Of a stretch of 64,000 nt of DNA, positions 30,562 through 42,693 are shown piece by piece (the first letter of the stretch is position 1; each line of letters opens with the position of its first letter). The position numbers were made by a program, and so were the translations under genes. The stretch spans positions 4,402,001-4,466,000 of the forward strand of contig CM035354.1 of assembly GCA_020137815.1 (NCBI GenBank), in the 5' to 3' direction. Under the pieces are notes generated by a model, which was not told where the DNA came from, searched no databases, and was given only the letters and a program-made list of their open reading frames with translations. The DNA is from Hormiphora californensis. Its lineage: Eukaryota > Animalia > Ctenophora.

Positions 30562-32398
30562 CCTATTTAGGTGCCGGCAGGCACCTCCGACCCGAAGAAA
30601 ACAGCAAAAAACGAAAAAAAGGAAAATTTTGCCCCTGCACCAAATCCAAAAAGCCGGCCCTATTTAGGTGCCGGCAGGCACCTCCGACCCGAAGAAAACA
30701 GAAAAAACGAAGAAAAAAAAATTTCTGCCCCTGCACAAAATCCAAAAAGCCGGCCCTATTTAGGTGCCGGCAGGCACCTCCGACCCGAAGAAAACAGAAA
30801 AAACGAAGAAAAAAAATTTTGCCCCTGCACCAAATCCAAAAAGCCGGCCCTATATATACAAACGTAGGTCTTTTTTTCGGGGGGGGGGGGGGGGGGGGGG
30901 CAAATTTCAGGCAGCGATTGTGGCCACATTTTTTGAGATATCGACCTGAAATTTTGTAGGCGTGTTCTAGTAGTATAACTACGTGTCATAACGTGGCCGG
31001 ATTTTTGATTTTTTGCCTAATTAATTAATTATAGGTAATTAAAAAGTAGCCCCTGCACCGTGCCCCTGAGCATGGGGTGTTCTGTCCCCTGGGCATTGCC
31101 CCTGAGCCGAAATTATCTCCCGATCTGCTGGAAATATCGACTTGAAACTTTGTAGGAATGCTCTTCAAGCATAAAAAATGATCTACAAAAAGTTAGAATA
31201 GTCAAAATTAAGTAATCAATGAGTTATAGGCATGCAAAAATGGGCATTTCTGGTGCCCCTGAATTTTGCCCCCGGGCATTTGAAAAAACTGCCCCTGGGC
31301 AATTTTAAAATTCAAACTGTGGCCACACTGTTTGACATATCGATCTAAAACTTTGTAGGCATGTTCTAGTGGTATAACTAAGAGTCACCACGGAGCCTGA
31401 TTTTTGATTTTTTACTTAATTAATTAATTATAAGCAATTAAAATTTTAAAATTGCCCTCGCACTAACAAAAGTGGCCCAGGGGCACCTGAGCCGCAATTA
31501 TCTCCCGATCTGCTTGAAATATCGACTTGAAACTTTGTAGGAATGCTCTTCAAGCATATAGAAAGGTCTACAAAAGGTGGGAATATTCAAAATTAATTAT
31601 CCAATTAATTATAAGCAATTAAAAAATGGACATTTTTCTGGTGCCCCTGAGCATTGCCCCTGAGCATTTGAAAATATTTTCCGTTCTGCTATAAATAACG
31701 GCCTAAAATTTTGCAGTAATGTAGTTCAAGCATATAGAAAGGTCTACAAAAAGTGGGAATATTCAAAATTGATTATCAAATTAATTATAAGCAATTAAAA
31801 AAATGTGCAGTGGCAGTGCAGGGGCAAAAAAATAAAGCATATATATGGCGGGAAAATATTTTGGCGGGAAACCGAAAAAGCCCAATAAGCCAAGAACGGG
31901 GTGGGGCCAAGGTCTGGCCCACTAGCTTTTGATCACCTCATCGAGCCCGATCGAACGCGACCAATGTCGACCTCCCACGACGACCTAAACCCCTAATCCC
32001 ACGTGGTGCCAGCCAACCGCCAGCCAAACGGAAAAATCTAGTGATCCTCTATCAGCTGGTATCAAAATCTAAGCTCTAAGTGACCAGGAACTGGCATTAT
32101 TAGTGCTAATTGGTGATAACGTCATAAATCACATAATTACGACTAATTAGTGAACCGGGGGTGGTAGAGACCTGTGGGATGGTACTTTGGACTTTTTATA
32201 GAGTCCCTAATCATATCAGAAAGTCAAATTTAAAATTCCAGACCCAACTTCCCACAACCGACCCTACTATAATAAACAGGCCGCCGCGCATCAAAAAATA
32301 TTTTAACAACCTGAAGGTTGCTGTTTCGACGAATCTCCCAACTTCGGGTCGGACGAGGGGAAGCTTGCCTTTTGCGATCATATATACAAACGTAGGTC

Positions 32399-32431
<33 letters not shown>

Positions 32432-35400
32432 GGGCAAATTTCAGGCAGCGATTGTGGCCACATTTTTTGAGATATCGACCTGAAATTTTCTAGGCGTGTT
32501 CTAGTAGTATAACTACGTGTCATAACGTGGCCGGATTTTTGATTTTTTGCCTAATTAATTAATTATAGGTAATTAAAAAGTAGCCCCTGCACCGTGCCCC
32601 TGAGCATGGGGTGTTCTGTCCCCTGGGCATTGCCCCTGAGCCGAAATTATCTCCCGATCTGCTTGAAATATCGACTTGAAACTTTGTAGGAATGCTCTTC
32701 AAGCATAAAAAATGATCTACAAAAAGTTAGAATAGTCAAAATTAAGTAATCAATGAGTTATAGGCATGCAAAAATGGACATTTCTGGTGCCCCTGAATTT
32801 TGCCCCCGGGCATTTGAAAAAACTGCCCCTGGGCAATTTTAAAATTCAAACTGTGGCCACACTGTTTGACATATCGATCTATAACTTTGTAGGCATGTTC
32901 TAGTGGTATAACTAAGAGTCACCACGGAGCCTGATTTTTGATTTTTTACTTAATTAATTAATTATAAGCAATTAAAATTTTAAAATTGCCCTCGCACTAA
33001 CAAAAGTGGCCCAGGGGCACCTGAGCCGCAATTATCTCCCGATCTGCTTGAAATATCGACTTGAAACTTTGTAGGAATGCTCTTCAAGCATATAGAAAGG
33101 TCTACAAAAGGTGGGAATATTCAAAATTAATTATCCAATTAATTATAAGCAATTAAAAAATGGACATTTTTCTGGTGCCCCTGAGCATTGCCCCTGAGCA
33201 TTTGAAAATATTTTCCGTTCTGCTATAAATAACGGCCTAAAATTTTGCAGTAATGTAGTTCAAGCATATAGAAAGGTCTACAAAAAGTGGGAATATTCAA
33301 AATTGATTATCAAATTAATTATAAGCAATTAAAAAAATGTGCAGTCGCAGTGCAGGGGCAAAAAAATAAAGCATATATATGGCGGGAAAATATTTTGGCG
33401 GGAAACCGAAAAAGCCCAATAAGCCAAGAACGGGGTGGGGCCAAGGTCTGGCCCACTAGCTTTTGATCACCTCATCGAGCCCGATCGAACGCGACCAATG
33501 TCGACCTCCCACGACGACCTAAACCCCTAATCCCACGTGGTGCCAGCCAACCGCCAGCCAAACGGAAAAATCTAGTGATCCTCTATCAGCTGGTATCAAA
33601 ATCTAAGCTCTAAGTGACCAGGAACTGACATTATGGCAATTTTGCATTTGCGGGCATCGCACTATAGACGCAGTACCCACGTACTATAGACGCATTATAA
33701 ACGCATTATAAACGCATTATAGACGCATTATAGACACACGCAATATAGACGCAATTTCGTAAGCAGCAATATAGACGCAATATAGACGCATTATAACAGC
33801 AATATAAACGCATTTTTATAGACGCGACGCAGTATAGCCGCATTATAGGCGCACTACCCACCCCAAAATCACCTTATAGACGCACTATAGACGCATTATA
33901 GACTGACTATAGCAGCACCATAAACGCTACATAGACCCATATAGACGCATGATAGACGCATTATAGACGCAAATCGCTTTTTATAGACGCCGCGTCTATA
34001 AAAAACGTGCTTTTTTAAGAAGCACTATAGACGTACTCAGACGCACGCTGCCATATTTGAGGCGCAGTTGGGCGAACTATAAACGCATTTTTGTCGCATA
34101 TAAAAGGAAGCAGTATAGACGCATTATAGACGCATTATAGACGCATGTGCGCGAAATCGATAAAGACGCAATATAGACGCAATTAATAAGAAGGAGAGGG
34201 AGAGAGACTAGAGGGAGGGAGGGAGGGAGGGAGAGGGAAGGAGAGGGAAAGAGGGAGGGATACAGAGACAGATCAGACAGAGACAGATGGACACAGATCT
34301 GAGACAGACGGACAGAGTAAGAGGGAGGGAGGGAGGGAGGGAGGGAGGGAGGGAGGGAGGGAGGGAGGGAGGGAGGGAGGGAGGGAGGGAGGGAGAGGAG
34401 GGAGGGAGGGAGAGGGAGGGGTACAGGGACAGAAACAGACGGATAAAGACCTGAGACAGAAGGACAGAGTAAGATGGAGAGAGATTAAGATGGAGAGTGG
34501 AGAGAGAGAGTGAGACAGAGAGGGAGATAGTAAGCGCGTGTTTGTCCGTCCGTCTGTCTCTGTCCGTTTGTTTCCATCTCTGTCTTTTTCTGTCTCACTC
34601 TTTTTATGTCTCACTCCGTCCCTATATCACTATCTTTCCATCTTACTCTCTTTCCATCTTACTCTGTCCTTCTGTCTCAGGTCTTTATCCGTCTGTTTCT
34701 GTCCCTGTACCCCTCCCTCTCCTTCCCTCTCCCTCCCTCCCTCGCCTCTCTCTCCCTCTCCTTTTTATTTTGCGTCTATATTGCGTCTTTATCGATTTCG
34801 CACACATGCGGCTATAATGCGGCTATAATGCGTCTATACTACTTCCTTTTATATGCGACAAAAATGCGTTTATAAAACGCCCAACTGCGCCTCAAATATC
34901 GCACTGTAGCCTGGAGTACGTCTAAAGTGCTTCTTTAAAAAGCACGTTTTTTATAGACGCGGCGTCTATAAAAAGCGGTTTGCGTCTATAATGCGTCTAT
35001 CATGCGTCTATATGGGTCTATGTAGCGTTTATGGTGCTGCTATATTCAGTCTATAATGCGTCTATAGTGCGTCTATAAGGTGATTTTGGGGTGGGTAGTG
35101 CGCCTATAATGCGGCTATACTGCGTCGCGTCTATAAAAATGCGTTTATATTGCTGTTATAATGCGTCTATATTGCGTCTATAGTGCTGCTTACGAAATTG
35201 CGTCTATATTGCGTGTGTCTATAATGCGTCTATAATGCGTTTATAATGCGTTTATAATGCGTCTATAGTACGTGGGTACTGCGTCTATAGTGCGATGCCC
35301 GCAAATGCAAAATTGCCTGACATTATTAGTGCTAATTGGCGATAACGTCATAAATCACATAATTACGACTAATTAGTGAACCGGGGGTGGTAGAGACCTG

Positions 35401-37091
35401 TGGGATGGTACTTTGGGAAGTCAAATTTAAAATTCCAGACCCAACTTCCCACAACCGACCCTACTATAATAAACAGGCCGCCGCGCATCAAAAAATATTT
35501 TAACAGCCTGAAGGTTGCTGTTTCGACGAATCTCCCAACTTCGGGTCGGACGAGGGGAAGCTTGCCTTTTGCGATCATATATACAAACGTAGGTCTTTTT
35601 TTCGGGGGGGGGGGGCAAATTTCAGGCAGCGATTGTGGCCACATTTTTTGAGATATCGACCTGAAATTTTGTAGGCGTGTTCTAGTAGTATAACTACGTG
35701 TCATAACGTGGCCGGATTTTTGATTTTTTGCCTAATTAATTAATTATAGGTAATTAAAAAGTAGCCCCTGCACCGTGTCCCTGAGCATGGGGTGTTCTGT
35801 CCCCTGGGCATTGCCCCTGAGCCGAAATTATCTCCCGATTTGCTTGAAATATCGACTTGAAACTTTGTAGGAATGCTCTTCAAGCATAAAAAATGATCTA
35901 CAAAAAGTTAGAATAGTCAAAATTAAGTAATCAATGAGTTATAGGCATGCAAAAATGGACATTTCTGGTGCCCCTGAATTTTGCCCCCGAGCATTTGAAA
36001 AAACTGCCCCTGGGCAATTTTAAAATTCAAATTGTGGCCACACTGTTTGACATATCGATCTAAAACTTTGTAGGCATGTTCTAGTGGTATAACTAAGAGT
36101 CACCACGGAGCCTGATTTTTGATTTTTTACTTAATTAATTAATTATAAGCAATTAAAATTTTAAAATTGCCCCCGCACTAACAAAAGTGGCCCAGGGGCA
36201 CCTGAGTCGCAATTATCTCCCGATCTGCTTGAAATATCGACTTGAAACTTTGTAGGAATGCTCTTCAAGCATATAGAAAGGTCTACAAAAGGTGGGAATA
36301 TTCAGAATTAAGTAATCAATGAGTTATAAGCAATTAAAAAATGGACATTTTTCTGGTGCCCCTGAGCATTGCCCCTGAGCATTTGAAAATATTTTCCGTT
36401 CTGCTATAAATATCGACTTGAAACTTTGTAGGAATGCTCTTCAAGCATATAGAAAGGTCTACAAAAAGTGGGAATATTCAAAATTAACTATCCAATTAAT
36501 TATAAGCAATTAAAAAAATGTGCAGTGGCAGTGCAGGGGCAAAAAAATAAAGCATATATATGGCGGGAAAATATTTTGGCGGGAAACCGAAAAAGCCCAA
36601 TAAGCCAAGAACGGGGTGGGGCCAAAGTCTGGCCCACTAGCTTTTGATCACCTCATCGAGCCCGATCGAACGCGACCAATGTCGACCTCCCACGACGACC
36701 CTAAACCCCTAATCCCACGTGGTGCCAGCCAACCGCCAGCCAAACGGAAAAATCTAGTGATCCTCTATCAGCTGGTATCAAAATCTAAGCTCTAAGTGAC
36801 CAGGAACTGGCATTATTAGTGCTAATTGGCGATAACGTCATAAATCACATAATTACGACTAATTAGTGAACCAGGGGTGGTAGAGACCTGTGGGATGGTA
36901 CTTTGGACTTTTTATAGAGTCCCTATCAGAAAGTCAAATTTAAAATTCCAGACCCAACTTCCCACAACCGACCCTACTATAATAAACAGGCCGCCGCGCA
37001 TCAAAAAATATTTTAACAGCCTGAAGGTTGCTGTTTCGACGAATCTCCCAACTTCGGGTCGGACGAGGGGAAGCTTGCCTTTTGCGATCAT
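30562..37091 (-). mobile_element. Tandem array of a non-autonomous Helentron/DINE-like element: three ~97-bp end modules and three ~1.5-kb body units
   Basis: Body units start at ~30851, ~32390 and ~35578. Subterminal inverted motif tccgacccgaag / cttcgggtcgga. Stem-loop aggtgccggcaggcacct sits next to the subTIR. Internal gatatcga..tgaaa(t/c)ttt subrepeats. No coding capacity. Confidence 0.65.
33635..35317. mobile_element. Foldback/Mutator-like palindromic element (1683 bp) with 9-bp TSD TGACATTAT, nested in array unit 2
   Basis: Ends ggcaattttgcatttgcggg / cccgcaaatgcaaaattgcc. TSD at 33626-33634 and 35318-35326; empty site present in units 1 and 3. Arms are built of ~11-bp tatagacgcat repeats. 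Confidence 0.9.
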
Positions 37092-37805
37092 TATCTATTA
37101 AGTTGAACTCATTATCGGCTTTACTTTGTTGATTACTCATTACTCAACAAGCCCTACTGCATCAGTACATCAGTACAATATCAGTACAATATCTGTTTAG
37201 TTATTCACCGCCCAGTTGCCCACGTGAGTCCAGGGATCGCCGCTGCGAGTTAGAGATGCTGCGCACACCATCCCATATTTCTACCACCGCGCGTTACTGC
37301 AAGTACTCCCACCCTCTGCAACTCTCCTCTCTAACCATCCTCTGTGATCCAGAGCCGCCGTAACTACATAACTACTATCAAACAGGAAAAGCTCTCGATT
37401 TAGTGTCTATGGAGACAGAAACGTACTTCACCAACATTTCATGAGGTCTAGTTTTAACTGTTAAAAGCTTTAGACGCTGGCTAATTTACTTGCCGGTCTA
37501 TACCCTCTCTATTACAGCTAGCTTATTACTATTGATTGACATGCCTCAGGGGTTTATTGGTGCACATGTGCAGTAGTAATAAAGTGAGTAGTGAGTAGTA
37601 ATAGCACAGTGGGGTCATCCTTTAATACCCGTCCCCAGTCACATGCAAAGTAACGAAAATTTAGAATTTGGATTAGATTGAGGTGTCTGTGCTTGTAGGG
37701 TATGGCCGATAGAGAGGCTTGTGTTATAGAGGTGGTTACCCAATGCTTATAAGCACGTTACACACTTGTGTATTGAGGAGGATCAAGTGAGGCAGCTGAA
37801 AGCCC

Positions 37806-37950
<145 letters not shown>

Positions 37951-38662
37951 AATGCACGCCATACCACCAGCCACTCACATCTCCCCTGCACATGACTCAC
38001 GGAGGAGACCGCTTTGCTCCTGAGAGAGGGAGAGAGAAGGGGGAGAGACAGGAAGATAGCAAGAAGTGATAAAGATAGCAACTCCAGATATAGATCGCTG
38101 GGGATCCCATACAAAGGACAAGGAGGATATCTCCCACGTAAAGTGCACTATCACATTTATGTGTGGTGTGTTGGTTGTGTGACGCACGGATATCCCTAGA
38201 ATCATGTGTGTGTGTGGTTATAGTTATCAGCTCTGTAGTAGTTAGGACACATCATGTGGTAGTAAGGTTTAGGTTCTTGTTAATCGTTTAAAACGTAGTA
38301 ACTGAGCTGTTTCTGACAGGATAAAGAACGAACCTATTATTGTCCAGCGAGTATAAGTGCACTAGATGTGGTTTGGTAGAATCATTAGCTTTTTCTGCCT
38401 TTCTTTCTCTCAAGGTCATCTGTTTTTTCTTTGTTAGGCAGGTTGTGTGTCTAGTTGTATCGCATGGGGGTTGTTGTTGCTTCCCATATCTAACAGTAGT
38501 ATCTCTAGCTCTGTATCTCTTTATATCTCCCTCTCCATCTCCCATTCTCCCACACTCACATATTCAGTATTTGGTAGAATAGTATGCGATTGGCTTGATA
38601 CTTTTTCATCTTATCTGTCTACATAACATATATGAGCTTCTAACGAACTCTACCAAACATTG

Positions 38663-39805
38663 ATGTTATCTAAATCGCCCAATTTCAGCAGCTATATGGG
38701 ACTGTTCAACATATCTCTAGAAGAGGGTACAGCGGAGAACTTTAAGGAGACGCTTAACCTAACAGAATCAGGATGGTATCCAGTCATCCTATCCTACCAC
38801 CTCATCATATCCTTCTCCTCGTTGCTAGGCAACTCAATAGTCCTGTATGGATCCCAAAAATACAAGGCATTCAACGTCGATGAAGTGATTGTCGTTTTTA
38901 TCGAGTGTTTGGCCATCTCCGATCTCCTAATCTTCTTCAGCTCTACCCTGCCCATCTTGGTTACCCTGATAGCACGGCAGTGGGTTCTAGGACCAGTGAT
39001 TTGCGTCATTCACAGCTACTTCATCTTTATCCCGGGGATCGCACAAAACCTAATTATCCTGGGGATATCCTGCTACAAACTGTACTACGTCATCAAGCCT
39101 CTTTCCTGTACCATCTCACGTAACAGGGTTTGGATGGCAATTAAAGGTATCTACGTGTTTTCTACCCTCTACACAGTGCTCTCCTGGACAATTAACAATC
39201 AGGTGGAATTCTCCCCATATGATCTTTCTTGTCTGGTCAAAACAGAGTCCACACTGATGGTATATTACAGTAGTTTTGGGATCTTATTCCTCAATTTCAT
39301 CCCTTCCGCTCTCATGATAGTGATAAACATTACAATTCTGGCAGTGGCCCGGTCTGCCTCAAAGAAACATGGTCAACACATGAGAAAGAAAAGTGTAGTT
39401 GTGATAAGCGCCATTGCTTGGATTTACATTATCAGCTCTGTACCGAAGGGTGTTAGGTATGTGCTACAAGCCATGAAGCAGCCACCAATACCATGGTTCT
39501 GGCTCTTCCAAAAAGAGGCCTATTTCCTGGCGATATCCCTCAACTGGGTGGTATACTCAGTAACAACCCGTAACTTCCGGAGGTTCATCAAAAGGTTGAT
39601 GTTGCTGCAGTTCAGCAAACTGGATAAAAAGACCCCGACAATCCGGATACACCAGAACCTGAACGCCATCAGTCCGGCCCCTGGACAGCGGGACACTACA
39701 ATAGAGGTGATATCACCCGGACCGAGTTTAACACCCAGCCCTCGGGCATCAAACAGACGATCTCCGACATTTTCATCGCTCATTCAGAGTAGCATGAGTT
39801 TCTGA
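38663..39805 (+). CDS. Rhodopsin-class 7TM GPCR, intronless
   Basis: Seven hydrophobic segments, LGNSIVL, LAISDLL, WVLGPVIC, ISCYKL at the DRY position, LNWVVY at the NPxxY position, FRRF helix 8. Confidence 0.9.
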   Translation: MLSKSPNFSSYMGLFNISLEEGTAENFKETLNLTESGWYPVILSYHLIISFSSLLGNSIVLYGSQKYKAFNVDEVIVVFIECLAISDLLIFFSSTLPILVTLIARQWVLGPVICVIHSYFIFIPGIAQNLIILGISCYKLYYVIKPLSCTISRNRVWMAIKGIYVFSTLYTVLSWTINNQVEFSPYDLSCLVKTESTLMVYYSSFGILFLNFIPSALMIVINITILAVARSASKKHGQHMRKKSVVVISAIAWIYIISSVPKGVRYVLQAMKQPPIPWFWLFQKEAYFLAISLNWVVYSVTTRNFRRFIKRLMLLQFSKLDKKTPTIRIHQNLNAISPAPGQRDTTIEVISPGPSLTPSPRASNRRSPTFSSLIQSSMSF

Positions 39806-40335
39806 TTGGGGTGTGTGGTTGTGTGCTGTTATTTTGAACTGTGAGCTGGGTGTGTTGATATTTTGAACTGCATGAACTGTTTATATCAAGATCCCCGAAG
39901 ACGGGACGAAGTTGAGTGGGGCTGTGTGTGAGTATTGTTACCTACCATTTTTACTGTTAAAGATGATAAACGAACGCGCTCGTACTCCATGATTATCTTC
40001 AAGAAGATAACACAAGTCAAATCAAGTACACACACACTGTAACACACAGAATAAGAAGAAGATCAATCACAGTGATCATACCGCATGTCATACAAAATTC
40101 TATACCCTCACTCTCCCATACTCCTCTCCCATACTTCTCTCCCAAACTTCTCTCCCATACTCCTCTCCCTCTGCTCTGTATTTAGTCACATGATACTCTA
40201 CCCTATCCAGGGATTGGCTGACAGGTAATGAGACTGCTGGTCTCGAGCAGCAACAACAGCCTGATTTAACAGCCTCCTGCTGCTCCCTGGATATAACAGT
40301 GTCTTAGTGCCTAGTCTCGTATCTAGCACAGTGTC

Positions 40336-41638
40336 TTAGTGCCTAGTCTCGTATCTATTATTGACAAGTGCACGTCTTTGGATATAGGATACTGCATCGG
40401 AAAAAGTTTCGTTAAGGAAGCTGGAACCCCGGCGAATTTCAGAGAGGTAACTCTTAAAATCTGACATGCGGAGGTAGTAGATGATGGGGTTGATCATGCT
40501 ATTGATAGCACTGAGCAAGAAGAAGACCACCATGGAGAATATCTGCCTGGATTGCATATCAAAACTGTCGAACACTTCCAGGAGTTCCTTTTCCAGTTTT
40601 GTGTCCGCATCATCCGCATCCCAGGAGAAAAGGCTCATCTTGGAGGCTGCGTGACCAGCGAAGACGGCGTAGATGAAGGTTGGAACATTGAAAATCACGT
40701 ACACGAACGTGACTGTCAGGACTGTGATGGTGGCCTGTTGAGCTCGTACCATGGAATTCTGGCCTATTGCATTCTTTTTTATCCGGTACAGATACCATAG
40801 GGATAGAATGGCTGAGCAGAATATTGGAAGGACAGGAATACCAAACAACACAGCACGAATTACAATGGCATAAAGCATATTGATAAACTCTTGGGTCATC
40901 TTGAGTTCCCCATCCTTATTTTCATCCAGGAAGCCATGCTTGAAATCGTGTTCTTTTAGTACCTCTTGCAGCTCAGGATCTAGTTCGTTAAATAACATAT
41001 CGTCAGGTGCAATGGAATATGTAGTGGGAGGGTAGTCTGTAGAATAGATCCCTTGACCGTATGTAGCGAACCTTCGTGAAGGTTTACTCTTTACTGGTGC
41101 CGTGAAGTTGTTGTGGTTGTGGAAGTCGACGGAACAAATACCCAGGCTAGGATTGTATACAACTCGGCCGTAGATCGTTGTAAGTGGCACGGTGGCGACT
41201 AGAATTGAAAGGACACACACTGGAATTACCCATGATAGCACTGGGCGGAGTCGTTTTAAACGGATTAATCAGTAGGATTAGCCGAGACAAACTGAGTATG
41301 GCCACCAACAGGACTGTTAACATTTGGATGACAGACCAGCACCCAAACCAAACATCGCAAAATGTGGAGTTTCGGAAAAACACGTGTTCGGTCGATTTTC
41401 CGACAAGAATCGCCTGGATTATTGGTAGTAGAAGGAAACACAGTATAAGATCAGTGATGGCTATGATGGTGTAGAGGTTACCAAAGTAGGCCGCGTTTCC
41501 AATGGCAGTCCGATAGGTCCTGAAGAAGTGGATCGCACTGATATTCCCCGGGATTCCCAGTAAGAAGCAGGCACAGATTATGGGAAGGACACATAGATCC
41601 AGGGTTCCGTAATCTCCATCCTCCTCGTGCCCCTGCAT
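40336..41638 (-). CDS. Rhodopsin-class 7TM GPCR; one apparent +1 insertion near 41256
   Basis: ORFs 41147..41680 (GIPGN, IAITDL, FCDVW, LSLSRL..INPF) and 40336..41241 (FNVP, NSMINPIIYYLRM) join as PFKRLRPVLSW if one A is removed. Confidence 0.85.
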
Positions 41639-42602
41639 TATCAAGTAGAGTCCGTAAACAGGTAATCTCAGGTGAGTCAAGTAGAGAGAGAAAGGGAAGC
41701 GTATAAAATATGTTCTAGACTAATACTAAGACAGATGAATCAGGGGGGATGCCTGCAATAATGAGGACACAAAAGAAGCAAAGAAGAGGCTGCTGCTGAG
41801 AGACAGCTCACGTGATCTTGGTGGATTTATTCCTTTTGTTATGAAATATTTGGATCAATATCTAATGAAAGGTATTCCAGATGATCATTGTGTTCACCTG
41901 CACTGGATGATAGACAATAACAAAAGCAATTTAAAGTTTACCATTTTCTTTACTCGCCCATCTCTTGTCTTAGACATGACGAGACGGACTGTGACGTAAC
42001 AGTCGTATTGCAAACTATCTCCTACACTTCAAGTTGCACGTACGATCATACTATTGGGTTATGAAATTACTATCGATCGATTGATTAGATCATCCAACAA
42101 GTGGTTTGAGATTTAATATGGGCTATAGATGATAGTCCAACTCTAAACCCAAGACTATTGTAAACTAGGTAATCTGATTGCGCATTGAATTGTGACACCC
42201 TCCGGGATGGTCCCTCCCCCATCCGAATTATTATTTTGTTTACTCACCCAACTCATTCTGTTGAGATCGCAGCTCAGGAAGGTCACAAGACTATACAATA
42301 CATGCAGAGAACATGGGTCAATATAGGTTACTAGTGTTCCTACATCTCTCAGTATCAACTGAGAATAAAAAGTGAACTGTGAATTAAAACAATCTAAAAA
42401 AATCCTAAAAACTTGAGACTTGAGTACAGCAATGAATCTCAACATTCTTATCGAAGAATCAGGAAGCAATTGATTAATTCTCAGTCGTTAGTGAGAGAAA
42501 TAATGAGGGAACACGAGTAACCAAATAGTAACCATGCATATCGAAACCGACAGAAAGGTTCTCAAGACAAAATGCCCGAAGACAGAAGATACAATGAGAG
42601 TC

Positions 42603-42693
<91 letters not shown>

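Noticed and set aside
30513-30989. Lys/Arg-rich repeated ORFs
   Set aside because: They arise from the 97-bp tandem modules of the non-coding element.
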